Below, piece by piece: positions 10,743 through 20,678 of a stretch of 64,000 nt of DNA (position 1 is the stretch's first letter; each line of letters opens with the position of its first letter). The stretch is from a bacterium. Its GTDB lineage: Bacteria > UBA8248. Below the pieces are notes generated by a model. The model was not told where the DNA came from. It was given only the letters and a program-made list of their open reading frames with translations, and made no database searches. Both the position numbers and the translations under genes were made by a program. The stretch covers positions 2,048,001 to 2,112,000 of the forward strand of contig CBDBBI010000010.1 of the NCBI GenBank assembly GCA_965202625.1, given 5' to 3'.

Positions 10743-10999
10743 CGCCCCATCGCGCAGGCGAGAGACCCAATCCGGAGCCGTGCGAGGGTTCTCTCATCTG
10801 GTGGGTGTATGCGCCGACGGGGGAGCAAAACTATTTACAAGGCCTCAAGAAAGACGAGCACGGCGAACTTGTCTCGCTTGCGTGCCTGGATTCATTGATT
10901 GACGCGAAAGTACTTCTCGACATTTTCCGTCAAGAAATCAACCTTCAGATACCAGATTCCGCACCTTCGTTTACCCCTGCCGAACAACCTCAACCATAA
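10739..10999 (+). CDS. Hypothetical protein
   Basis: ATGA overlap with the upstream stop; fills the gap before tupA. Confidence 0.5.
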   Translation: MTPHRAGERPNPEPCEGSLIWWVYAPTGEQNYLQGLKKDEHGELVSLACLDSLIDAKVLLDIFRQEINLQIPDSAPSFTPAEQPQP

Positions 11000-11071
11000 A
11001 AGATGCGCCCACGGCAGGGGGCTCTCTCTCTCAATGAGTCCTGCGCTGTCGTTGGGAGTAGAAGGGAAGGA

Positions 11072-11905
11072 ATGGCATATAGGCGGTTTCTGTTGTTTTT
11101 GAAGGTTTTTGTAATTGCGACGTTTCTGGGATTTTCTGCGGATTCTCTCGCTCTGGATCGCCTGAAGCTGGCCACGACGACGAGCACGGAGAACTCCGGC
11201 TTACTCGACGAGTTGCATCCGAGGTTTGAGAAAAAGTATGGCGTCCTCGTGCATACAATATCCGTAGGCACGGGAAAAGCGCTGCGTTTGGGCCAGAACG
11301 GAGACGTGGACGTGGTGTTCGTCCATGCGAAAGAGGCGGAGGATGCGTTTGTGGCGCGAGGCTACGGGGTTCGCAGAAGAGCCGTTATGTACAACGATTT
11401 CGTGATCGTGGGTCCAGCCTCGGACCCCGCCGGAGTATCACGCGCGTTCGATGCCTCTGAGGCGTTGCTTCGAATCGTGGACTCTCAAAGTCTTTGGTTC
11501 AGCAGAGGGGATGACTCCGGAACACATAAGAAGGAACTGAGGCTTTGGAAAGACGCCGGCGTTCGCGCGTTTGGGCCCTGGTATCGCGCCCTGGGCCAGG
11601 GAATGGGCAGAACCCTCATAGCGGCGGACGAGAAAAACGGATACACGATTACGGACAGGGGCACGTACATTGCTCTCGTTCAGAAGGGGAAGATCGCTCT
11701 CAGGGTGCAAGGGCCAAAAGGGGGGCGCTTACACAATCCTTACAGCGTGATCGCCGTGAACCCAAGACGATATCCGCACGTGCGGTTTGATCTGGCGACC
11801 AAATATATTGATTTTCTCACGTCTGCCGAAGGACAGGGAATTATTAGCGACTTTCGGCTGATGGGAAAGCTCCTCTTTTACCCAAACGCGCAGAGAGCAC
11901 GCTGA
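11072..11905 (+). CDS. tupA: Tungstate ABC transporter substrate-binding protein
   Basis: TTTS tungstate signature, VGTGKAL, YNDFVIVGP, SRGDDSGTH, DRGT. Confidence 0.93.
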   Translation: MAYRRFLLFLKVFVIATFLGFSADSLALDRLKLATTTSTENSGLLDELHPRFEKKYGVLVHTISVGTGKALRLGQNGDVDVVFVHAKEAEDAFVARGYGVRRRAVMYNDFVIVGPASDPAGVSRAFDASEALLRIVDSQSLWFSRGDDSGTHKKELRLWKDAGVRAFGPWYRALGQGMGRTLIAADEKNGYTITDRGTYIALVQKGKIALRVQGPKGGRLHNPYSVIAVNPRRYPHVRFDLATKYIDFLTSAEGQGIISDFRLMGKLLFYPNAQRAR

Positions 11906-11930
11906 CGGATGGAGGCGGAGGATAAGCACT

Positions 11931-12617
11931 TTGGAATACTTACTTGAGGGGTTTGCGGATGGATTGATGCGGGTACTCAGTGCCGACCCCCAGGTGATGC
12001 GCGCCGCCTGGGTGACCATCAAGGTGGGGTTTTTGGCGACGGTGCTGGCCTCTCTCATCGGCCTGCCCATTGGCTTCTTGTTGGCGACAGCCCGTTTTCG
12101 AGGGCGCGAGTTCGCCATCGTCATGCTTCAAACGGCACTTGGCTTGCCGACCGTCGTCATCGGCCTGCTGGTCTATGGCTTCATTTCTCGGCGAGGGCCC
12201 TTGGGATTTGCCGACTTGCTGTTCACTCCTTCTGCCATCGTCATCGGGTTAGTTGTGCTGGCGGTTCCGCTCGTGGCGGTATTCTCCATGACGTCCGTCG
12301 CCTCCGTTGATGAGCGGGCGCGAGAGACGGCGCTCACTCTGGGCGCGTCCGATAAGCTCGTGGCGTGGACGGTCCTGTGTGAAGCGCGCTTTGGAATGGT
12401 GGCGGCTGTGCTGGCGGCGTTTGGCCGCGTTTCTTCAGAAGTGGGAATCGCCATGATGCTCGGAGGGAACATAGAGGGATATACCCGAACTCTGACCACG
12501 GCTATCGCCCTTGAGAGCATGAAGGGAGAATTCGGTTTTGGAATCGCTTTGGGTGTAGCGCTTCTGGTGATTATCCTAGTGACGAATTTGCTTTCCCGCT
12601 TTATTCAAAGGTACTGA
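11931..12617 (+). CDS. tupB: Tungstate ABC transporter permease
   Basis: LPTVVIGL..Y...SRRGPLG, EVG..MMLGGNI.G.TRTLTTAIALE. Confidence 0.92.
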   Translation: MEYLLEGFADGLMRVLSADPQVMRAAWVTIKVGFLATVLASLIGLPIGFLLATARFRGREFAIVMLQTALGLPTVVIGLLVYGFISRRGPLGFADLLFTPSAIVIGLVVLAVPLVAVFSMTSVASVDERARETALTLGASDKLVAWTVLCEARFGMVAAVLAAFGRVSSEVGIAMMLGGNIEGYTRTLTTAIALESMKGEFGFGIALGVALLVIILVTNLLSRFIQRY

Positions 12618-12618
12618 T

Positions 12619-13260
12619 TTGGACGCGTTTTTCCTCGAGAACGTGAAATTTCGGTTTGGATCCGACTGGGTTCTCGATATCCAGGAACTGCAAGTCCTGT
12701 CCGGTATGGTGACCCTCCTCACTGGAGCGAATGGTTCCGGAAAAACGACGCTGTTGCGCGTGATGGCGGGTTTGCTCACCCCAGAGGGCATTGTCGCTTA
12801 TCGAGGCGAGCCCGTCGTTTTCGGCAAGCCGGGGCTCAACCACCGCAGGAGGGTAACGCTCCTCGCCCAAGAGCCGTATCTTTTTCAGGGGAGCGTTCTG
12901 CAGAACGTCTCGTATCCCCCCCGTGCGCGTGGGATGAATATGGCGCAGGCGAGCGAAAAGGCCAAGGAAGCCATCCTTAAAACGCGATGCGAAAGCTTGA
13001 CGCGCCGAGACGCCACGAAACTCTCTGGTGGAGAGAAAAAGCGCGTAGCACTTGCGAGAGCTTTGGCGGCGGGAGCAGAAACTCTTCTTTTGGATGAGCC
13101 CATCTCCCACGTGGATGAGGAGAACAGCGTGCTGATCGTTAGAATTATCGAGAATTTGGCCGCTTCGGGAATCACTTTGGTCGTCAGTTCTCATGCGTTG
13201 GAATGGGCGAATTCCCTTTCTGTGCGCACTGTGCGCCTCGCGCATGGCAGGGTGGCGTGA
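12619..13260 (+). CDS. tupC: Tungstate ABC transporter ATP-binding protein
   Basis: Walker A GANGSGKT, LSGGE, LLLDEP; third gene of the tup operon. Confidence 0.88.
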   Translation: MDAFFLENVKFRFGSDWVLDIQELQVLSGMVTLLTGANGSGKTTLLRVMAGLLTPEGIVAYRGEPVVFGKPGLNHRRRVTLLAQEPYLFQGSVLQNVSYPPRARGMNMAQASEKAKEAILKTRCESLTRRDATKLSGGEKKRVALARALAAGAETLLLDEPISHVDEENSVLIVRIIENLAASGITLVVSSHALEWANSLSVRTVRLAHGRVA

Positions 13261-13261
13261 C

Positions 13262-14014
13262 TTAAGGCAGTTCGCTCTCGTTGATGTGATGGGAATCACC
13301 GAACAAATCAGCCTCCATAGGCCCTCCGCGCCAGTCCGGATAATGCCTGAAATAGTAATCCACGAGACCCGCCTCAAATACTTTTGGTTGCGTATAATCC
13401 GTCGCCTGCCTTTGGGAGCGGTGACATGCTTGCGCTTTGGATCTCGCGCGCGGAAAGTTGCGCCCGTCGATGATGGTTGTGTAGTCGTTTCGATAGACGA
13501 GATCGGGGCGATTATAAAGGGTGCGTCTTTTATCGGGCGATACCCGGTGATAGAGGCGCTTGGGTGCAGAAATCGGATTTTCCCGCATAAGTCGGTAGAA
13601 AGCCTTTGTGGTCCAGCGGCCGACGGCCACGTGATCCGGATGCCCGGTAACGCCGTCTTCTCCATACGTCACAACCACGTCGGGAGAGAAATTTCGCATG
13701 AACTCCTTGATGCGGGGCAGAATTTCCGCATCTTCCAAGGATCGTAATCCGCCGTCGGGGTAGCCCCAGAGCGTCAGGTGCTCGACGCCGAGAACCCGGC
13801 AAGCGTCTTTGAGTTCCGCCTCCCGGACGTCGCCCAGCTCATCCGTCCTGCACACGCCGTTCGTGAGTCCCGCCTCTCCGCGCGTGAGGGTGAGGAGGCC
13901 CATGCGCGCCCCCCGGTTCGCATAGAGCATGAATGTGGCGGGGTTTCCGAAAGATTCATCATCTGGATGCGCATAAACGTGAAGTATGGGAGGCTTCGAA
14001 GTCCGTTTGTTCAT
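13262..14014 (-). CDS. PIG-L family deacetylase (MshB/BshB-like)
   Basis: AHPDDE, TRGEAG, R..E...A...LG, GHPDH, CHRSQ. Confidence 0.92.
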   Translation of the reverse strand: MNKRTSKPPILHVYAHPDDESFGNPATFMLYANRGARMGLLTLTRGEAGLTNGVCRTDELGDVREAELKDACRVLGVEHLTLWGYPDGGLRSLEDAEILPRIKEFMRNFSPDVVVTYGEDGVTGHPDHVAVGRWTTKAFYRLMRENPISAPKRLYHRVSPDKRRTLYNRPDLVYRNDYTTIIDGRNFPRARSKAQACHRSQRQATDYTQPKVFEAGLVDYYFRHYPDWRGGPMEADLFGDSHHINESELP

Positions 14015-14343
14015 GGTGGGTCGCAATGCGTTGGACAGTCTCCATATAGTCTGGCTAAATATATTAGCATTTCAGGCAGATAATTCAAGAGTGCGTAGCC
14101 TCGCTGGTCTCCATCTGTTCAGGACTGGCGGGAAAAAAAGATCCTCACTACCCCTGCCCCATCCGTCTTGAAGGGGCTAGGTTTCGTCTTCCTGAACGCG
14201 ATTCCCTTGCCCCGCACTCCACTTTGGTTTATATGAGAAGCAAGCCTTGAATATCCTGCAATTTGGTATGATGAAGGCCAACATCCTGGCACACGCTTGT
14301 GGATGGTTCGTAAATCCTTCTTCCATTACAAGGAGTCGGTATT

Positions 14344-15501
14344 GTGGAGTTCGCCATTGCAAGGGATACCTTTCTCAAAGCTCTTCAAATGATACAGGGC
14401 GTCGTGGAGACCAGAAGCAGCGCGATGCGGATACTGCAAAACGTGCTCGTTGAGACCGAGGGCAAAAAGAATGTCCGTCTGTTGGGCACGAATCTTGATA
14501 TCAGCATGCGGGGAATGTTTGAGGCCGAAGTAGAGAGAGCGGGCAAGGTTACGCTTAACGCGAGGATGTTGTTTGACATCGTTCGGGAACTCCCCGAGGC
14601 GGAGATTCGTTTGGTCGAGGAGGATGAGCAATGGGTTCGATTGCGCTGTGCGCGGTCGAATTTCCGCTTTCCCGGGCTGCCGCCTTCGGAATTTCCTGCG
14701 CTTCCTGATTTGAAAAAAGCGAAGATACACAAGGTTTCCGCTTCGGTTTTATCCGAGATGATTCGCAAGACGATGTTCGCGATATCCCAGGACGAGACGC
14801 GCTACACTTACAATGGCGTTTTCATGGAGACAGAATCCGACACGTTACGCCTCGTCGCCACGGATGGCCATCGACTTGCGATGATTGAACGTCAAAGCGA
14901 GGGGTTGCAGTTTGATGCGGGAGTCATCGTTCATAAAAGAGCTTTGGCGGAACTTGTAAAGCTCCTGCAGGGAGTTGAGGGTGAGGTATCCGTCGCCCTC
15001 ATTCATGCTCAAACGAGAGAGCCCGGAGCTTTGCCCGAGGGAGACGAAGCCCCTTCACCTCCCCCGAACCACATCGTTTTTCAAGTGGAGGACGTAGAAT
15101 TGTCCGCCCGGCTGATAGACGCGGATTTTCCAAAATACAGGCAAGTGATTCCGAGCGACAACGACCACTCTATTTTGATGAACCGAGAGAGCTTGACGCA
15201 GGCACTCCGGCGGGCCTCCATTTTCACGAACGAAACGGGAATGGTGAAATTCGAGTTCTCTCCTGGCCAGTTGAGGTTGACGACGAACAGCCCGGAGGCG
15301 GGAGAGGCCGAGGAAATTATCGAGTCGAGCGCGCAGGCTGACGTTACGATAGGTTTTAATTCGAGATATTGTCTAGATGTGCTCTCCGTCCTGGAAGAAG
15401 AACAGATCAGTATGGAGCTGAAAGATTCATTGAGCCCGGGGATAATTTCTCCTAAAGACGCACAGGACTATACCTATGTCGCGATGCCGATGCGCATCTA
15501 G
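14344..15501 (+). CDS. dnaN: DNA polymerase III beta sliding clamp
   Basis: VATDGHRLA, RLID..FPKY..VIP, IGFN.RY..D.L, C-terminal MPMRI; AAGGAG RBS. Confidence 0.96.
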   Translation: MEFAIARDTFLKALQMIQGVVETRSSAMRILQNVLVETEGKKNVRLLGTNLDISMRGMFEAEVERAGKVTLNARMLFDIVRELPEAEIRLVEEDEQWVRLRCARSNFRFPGLPPSEFPALPDLKKAKIHKVSASVLSEMIRKTMFAISQDETRYTYNGVFMETESDTLRLVATDGHRLAMIERQSEGLQFDAGVIVHKRALAELVKLLQGVEGEVSVALIHAQTREPGALPEGDEAPSPPPNHIVFQVEDVELSARLIDADFPKYRQVIPSDNDHSILMNRESLTQALRRASIFTNETGMVKFEFSPGQLRLTTNSPEAGEAEEIIESSAQADVTIGFNSRYCLDVLSVLEEEQISMELKDSLSPGIISPKDAQDYTYVAMPMRI

Positions 15502-15567
15502 ACGTCCATTTGGTTTTGCGCGAATTTTTCTCAAGAAATGAGAACTTTGCAGGGCTCATCGCTCTCT

Positions 15568-15601
15568 GGGCGCCTCATTAATGGGGGCGCCCGCATTTTT
15601 T
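15568..15601 (+). terminator. Probable intrinsic terminator after dnaN
   Basis: GGGCGCC...GGCGCCC stem followed by a T run. Confidence 0.55.
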
Positions 15602-15620
15602 CCGTTGCGGGCCTAAAAAA

Positions 15621-16856
15621 ATGATCCCTCATTTTTCAGAGCGAGCGAGCGAGAATTCAGGTTGCTACTACGGCTGGGTGATCGTCGGTCTCACTTTTTT
15701 CACCATGGCTGTGGGTGGCTCCATCGTCGGGACGTTTCCTATTTTTTACGTGGTCTTTCTCGATGAATTTGGGTGGTCTCGGGCGGACACTGCCCTCGCA
15801 TTTTCTTTTTCGATGGCCACTTTTGCGATTTCCGCCGGTTTCATTGGCGCGATGGTGGATCGTTGGGGGCCGAGGGTGATCATTCCGGCGGGAATCACCG
15901 TTCTGGGCGTCGGTCTCGCTTTGATGTCGTTGGTTTCCAGCTTGCCCACCCTGTATTTTTTCTACGGTGGCGTCGTGGCCCTGGGTGTCACCATGTTTGG
16001 GTTTATTCCCACGAGCACCGTCGTGAGCCAATGGTTCACGCGGCATCGTTCTACGGCGATGGGAATATCCTTGTCGGGGAGGAGCTGCGGCGGCATCGTC
16101 ATGGTTCCGCTTTCTGCCTATCTCATCGCCGCTTTTGGGTGGCGCGCGGCCTATGTTTTTCTGGGGATGGGCATCATCGTTTTGCTGGTTCCCCTGAATG
16201 TGTTTTTACACCGTGACCGCACAGAAGCGAGAGAGGGCAGGACAAGCGTGTCTTCCGGACCGAACTGGACTCTGAAAGACGCCTTGGCCGATTCGGTTTT
16301 CTGGTTTTTGTTTCTGGCGGGCATATTCAATGGCGTTGGCTTCAGCGTGGTTGGCGTCCATCAGGCTGCGCATATGGTCGATGTGGGGATAAGCCCGATG
16401 AAGGCTGCCTCCCTTATCGGGGGTCTGGCCGTAGTGAGAGCTTCAGGAGGTATTCTGGGCGGTTGGGTGGGAGACAGGATTGGACGCATTCGAACCTTTT
16501 ATTTACTCAGCGTTGTCGCCATGTTGGGCGTTTTTCTACTGATGAATTTGTCTGAGCGTCATGCGTGGCTGGGTTATGCGTATGTTTTGGTATATGGAAT
16601 CGGTGCCGGCGCACGTGGCACGATCCTCGTATCAATCAAGGCTGATCTTTTCCCCAGCAGGAATTTTGGCCGCATCTTAGGCTTCAGCCAGATGGGCGGA
16701 GGGCTGGCTTCGGCCGTAGGCCCTTGGCTCGCAGGGTATTTTTTCGATTTATGGAAAAATTATTACTGGGCGTTCATCCTTGTAGTGGGCGTCCAAGTTC
16801 TCTCGATTGTCGCGGTGGCGGCGGCGTCCTCAAAAGCGAAGATAGGGGAAGGCTGA
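15621..16856 (+). CDS. MFS transporter
   Basis: About 12 TM helices, motif A GAMVDRWGPR and GWVGDRIGR, WF..HRS.AMGI. Confidence 0.92.
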   Translation: MIPHFSERASENSGCYYGWVIVGLTFFTMAVGGSIVGTFPIFYVVFLDEFGWSRADTALAFSFSMATFAISAGFIGAMVDRWGPRVIIPAGITVLGVGLALMSLVSSLPTLYFFYGGVVALGVTMFGFIPTSTVVSQWFTRHRSTAMGISLSGRSCGGIVMVPLSAYLIAAFGWRAAYVFLGMGIIVLLVPLNVFLHRDRTEAREGRTSVSSGPNWTLKDALADSVFWFLFLAGIFNGVGFSVVGVHQAAHMVDVGISPMKAASLIGGLAVVRASGGILGGWVGDRIGRIRTFYLLSVVAMLGVFLLMNLSERHAWLGYAYVLVYGIGAGARGTILVSIKADLFPSRNFGRILGFSQMGGGLASAVGPWLAGYFFDLWKNYYWAFILVVGVQVLSIVAVAAASSKAKIGEG

Positions 16857-16928
16857 TTTTTCGGGGAAGGCATGCGCCTCCGGTACGCCTCGAAATGGTT
16901 CGTCGGTCCCTTCTCTTTCAATCTCCGC

Positions 16929-17501
16929 TCACGAAGCTACCTTTTCTTTTTCCATGAGTATCATCTTGATTAGGGAAATCATGCTGTCTGGCGTCGTTTG
17001 CTCGATGTTCAAGATGCCGTGATAAAGGGTCGGTTCCGCGAAGTCGACGTGAAAAAAATACTGGGAAAACAAGCCTTGGTCTCGGTCGCACCTCTTGATG
17101 GTTTCCTCCGAGGCCGTTCTCGTCACGCCCGATGACTCCATGAAGTGCCGGATGCGGGACTCCACGCTGCCGACGATTCGCATATGGAGGGTGTCGGATC
17201 GATCCTTGAGGAGCACCTGCCCTCCCCACCCGACGATAACGACGTTCCCCTCATCCGCCGCTTCGTTCATGCTCTCCGACAGGACGTTTCGCAGGTTCTC
17301 TCGTCCCACCCCAAATGTGCGCTCAAGAATCGTTGGTGCGCGTCCTTCAATTTTCTCTAAATCCATTTTTAGACCTCGTCGATTGCAGGCATCGACAAGT
17401 TCATCGCGTCCCAGAAAATCATAGTGCAATTTTTCCGCCAGCTTGCGTGCTATGAAAATTCCGCCGGTTCCGTATTGACGTGAGATGGTGACGACGGCCA
17501 T
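16929..17501 (-). CDS. Cytidylate kinase-like family protein
   Basis: VVTISRQYGTGG P-loop start, GNVVIVG.GG, Y...LN pattern. Confidence 0.85.
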   Translation of the reverse strand: MAVVTISRQYGTGGIFIARKLAEKLHYDFLGRDELVDACNRRGLKMDLEKIEGRAPTILERTFGVGRENLRNVLSESMNEAADEGNVVIVGWGGQVLLKDRSDTLHMRIVGSVESRIRHFMESSGVTRTASEETIKRCDRDQGLFSQYFFHVDFAEPTLYHGILNIEQTTPDSMISLIKMILMEKEKVAS

Positions 17502-17717
17502 GTGAAATCTCCTTGTGAGCGCGATACAGTTTTTCCCCAAAGTGCACCTTGTCTCAATTTTATCAAAAATACACGAATATGCGCGACTTTTGTGGCGGAG
17601 TCTTGCGCCACAATTTTTTGGGCGTAGGGTATAAATGGATTATTATACTTGGGGTATTTTCAGGCGGAGCGTTTTCCACATATCTCCGTCAATCCCGTTC
17701 ATGGAAGGGGAGGCTTC

Positions 17718-18284
17718 ATGGCGATTTCACCTGATGTGCTTCTCAAGCGACTTGGTGTTCACACCCGCTTGTATGCCGCGGATGAAAAAGGAATTTTCGC
17801 CATCCTGAATGATCAGGAAAAGGGGCATTTCTTTGCCGTGGATCGCGCAAGCGGCAATTTCCGCTGGCGCGTGGAGAATACCTCAGGCTGGGTGATCGCC
17901 CCTCCACTCATCTGGAAGGATGTCTACGTTGTGGGGACGAGCGGGGTGGAGATGAAGCGAGAAGAGAAGGGCGGGTCCCTCGCCACAGTGGATTGGAAGC
18001 GCGGAGGTTCGGTTTACGCTTTCGATGCAAGGGACGGCGCGGTGCGATTTTGGGATGAGAGGGTAGGGGTGGTGCGGGATACGCCCAGGACGGAGGCCGA
18101 CGTGTTGTTCGTCGAAGGAGAAATTCGGCTGGGCGGCTTTCGGGACGGCGAGGCGTGGTCTTCGTCCGCGCGCGTGGAAAGTCGGTTTTCCTTGACGGAC
18201 GAGCTTTTAATCGCCCGCCGCGTCCGAGGGAAGGCTCCCGCCGGATATTTTCAGGGAGAAGTGTCGCCAACGGAGTGGACCTGA
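17718..18284 (+). CDS. PQQ-like beta-propeller repeat protein
   Basis: FAVDRASG..RW and YAFDARDG..RFW repeats; GGGAGG RBS. Confidence 0.65.
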   Translation: MAISPDVLLKRLGVHTRLYAADEKGIFAILNDQEKGHFFAVDRASGNFRWRVENTSGWVIAPPLIWKDVYVVGTSGVEMKREEKGGSLATVDWKRGGSVYAFDARDGAVRFWDERVGVVRDTPRTEADVLFVEGEIRLGGFRDGEAWSSSARVESRFSLTDELLIARRVRGKAPAGYFQGEVSPTEWT

Positions 18285-18289
18285 GGTTC

Positions 18290-19167
18290 TCACCTTTTTT
18301 TCTCAGTTCCTGTGCCATGAGAGTCGCGTTTTGGGGGGCGAGGTTCGCTCGAAACCAGTTGCGGTATTCATCCATGTGAACATGCGGAGTTGTCTTCGGT
18401 AGGGTGCGGTGTTCTTTCAGGGCGGCGGCGGTCCGAGAGCGCAATTTTGTCATGTAGCCTCTGAATTCATCCCATACCCTTGATGCGGGTTGGGCGGGGA
18501 CCGGCCCATGCCCGGGGATGAGGTGCTTGGCGGGAAATCTCTTGAGCCTTGGCATTGCGTCTATCCAGTTGCTGAAGTCGCCCAGCCTTGCCACCGGGTG
18601 CGTTCGGTAGTCGAGCAGATCTCCGGGAAACAGAATTTTCTCCTCTGGCATCCACACGATGGCGTCTCCCTTTGTGTGGCAATGGCCAATGTGAATCATC
18701 TCAAAGAATCGCCCACCATAGCGGATGGAAATTTTATCTCCAAAGGTCACTATGGGCGGCGCGATGTGGAGTTTGCCAATTAGGTGCTCCACTTTTTGCG
18801 ACCTGCCCGCCATCTGTTTTACCCAGATGCCCGCGTTCTCCTCTCGCCCCATCTCCAGACGCACGTTGTCCTCGCCGATGGAGACGGCGCCGCGCTTGTG
18901 GTAGTATTCATCATCCGAAGTATGGTTGAAATTGTGATGGGTGTTCAGCACCAACCCGGGTGATTTTCGTGTAATTTCTTTTGCGCCGGATACAAAGGTT
19001 TTCCGAACCCGAATGTCGTTGTCGATGATGACGGGTTTCTTTTTCGTGAGCACAAGGCCGAAATTCGTCGCCCCATCTCCTGCGACGAATACGTGCGCGC
19101 CCTCTGCGATTTCGAAGAATCCTTGGGCGTTGGCCGGGCTTGGCAATGCCTTCGCTTTGCGCGCCGT
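18290..19167 (-). CDS. Metallo-beta-lactamase-fold hydrolase with degenerate metal motif; start and stop both irregular
   Basis: NFGLV..IID, THHNFNH, GHCHTKGD, LFPGDL, IPGHG. As sequenced the frame runs on to 17908 through the opposite gene; the natural end appears to be near 18290. Confidence 0.75.
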
Positions 19168-19285
19168 TTTTTCTCCTTGCGGGGCTTTGGTGATGGCGAT
19201 ACGTTATGGGAGCCAAATGGAAGGTGGCAAGCTCCCCTTGAGGCGACAACGCTTAGGGATGAAGCCTCGCGCACGGGGTGGTGAA

Positions 19286-20238
19286 GTGGGTTCTTATTCC
19301 GCGTTCATAGGTCTTGAGTGCTCGAGAACGATGGAGCGATTCGCGGCCGACGACTTGATGAATCTAAATCCTTCCGGCGCTCCGCTACTGGTGCGATATG
19401 ACGTCGAAGCCGCCGCACGGACTCTGGATATCAAGAAAATAGCGGGCCGCGTTCATTCGATGTGGTGTTATAACGAGATGCTTCCAGCCCCTGATGAAAA
19501 CGCCGTCATCACCTTGGGCGAGGGCGTGACGCCCTCGTTTTTATACCGGAAAAAGCGCCCGGCGTCCATAAAACAGAATGCGTCCTGTTGGGGGCCGACG
19601 TGACCGTCATGCGTGGCTACATCCACCATTGCGCGGAAATCGTGGCAAGGAGGACGGAGGCGGAGGGATGGTTCGAGCTGTCCACGTTGAAAGAGCCATA
19701 TCGCGCGGAGGGCAAGAAAACGATGGCCTACCAACTGGTCGAGCAATTCGGCGGTGACACCCCAGACGTGATTCTCTATCCCACTGGCGGCGGGACGGGA
19801 CTAGTGGCGATGTGGTGCTCCTTTGGCGAGCTGGAGGATTTGGGCTGGATAGGGAAGAAGAGACTCCGCATGATTTGCGTTCAAGCGGAGGGTTGCGCCC
19901 CGCTCGCGCGTGCGTATGAGAGCGGAGGAGACGTCTCGTCTCCGTGGGAGAACCCCGCTACGGCCGTGTCCGGCTTGCGCGCCATTCGAGAGAGCCAAGG
20001 GACGACCGTCGCCGTCTCGGATGAGGTGATGTTTGAAGCCCAAAGAAAAGCGGGGGCGTCCGGGGGGATGCCGATTTGTCCGGAAGGCGGGGCGGGTATA
20101 GTGGCACTGGACGTTTTGCTTGAGAGGGGGGAGGTGGAGTGGAATGAGCGAATTGTTGCCTTCAACACGGCCACGGGCTTGAAATACGCGGATATGATAG
20201 AGACGGACCCTCCTGTCGTCGCCGCGGGTTCAGGATAG
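19286..20238 (+). pseudogene. thrC: Threonine synthase-like PLP enzyme with internal deletions
   Basis: The N-terminus (LECS..PLLVRYD..MW.Y..LP..ITLGEG.TP) jumps at ~19534 into another frame (VFIPEKAP..STLKEPYR.EGKKTM..YPTGGGTG..FNTATGLKY). The PLP-lysine segment is missing. Confidence 0.85.
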
Positions 20239-20249
20239 GTGAAAGAGAA

Positions 20250-20678
20250 ATGATCGAAATAACGAGACGGGAGGAATTCTGCGCAGCCCACCGATTGTTT
20301 CAACCCGGTTGGAGTGACGAGCACAACGAAGCCGTGTATGGGAAATGTGCCAACCCACGCTATCATGGCCACAATTATGTTTTTGAGGTCACCTTGAGAG
20401 GCCCTCTCCACACCGAAACGGGCATGACCTATAACATCGCTGATCTGAAAAACATCATGAAGCGAGAAGTGGTGGAGTGCCTTGATCATAAAAACCTGAA
20501 CGAAGACGCGGCGGGATTCATGAAAAACCGAATTCCCACGGCGGAGAACATTGCGATTTCGATTTGGGAGCGCTTGGCGGAACGCATAGAGGCGGTGCTT
20601 CTCTTTCGCGTCCGCCTGTATGAGAACGAGCGGAATTTCGTAGATTATTATGGAGAAAGTCCCGATGGAGTTCGGTGA
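20250..20678 (+). CDS. 6-pyruvoyl/6-carboxy-tetrahydropterin synthase (PTPS/QueD family)
   Basis: F.AAHRL, GKCANP.YHGHNY, LDHKNLN, PTAENIA, LYE..RN. Confidence 0.92.
   Translation: MIEITRREEFCAAHRLFQPGWSDEHNEAVYGKCANPRYHGHNYVFEVTLRGPLHTETGMTYNIADLKNIMKREVVECLDHKNLNEDAAGFMKNRIPTAENIAISIWERLAERIEAVLLFRVRLYENERNFVDYYGESPDGVR

Noticed and set aside
14030-14343. oriC upstream of dnaN
   Set aside because: Only one degenerate TGTGGATGG; no cluster of DnaA boxes or AT-rich unwinding element.
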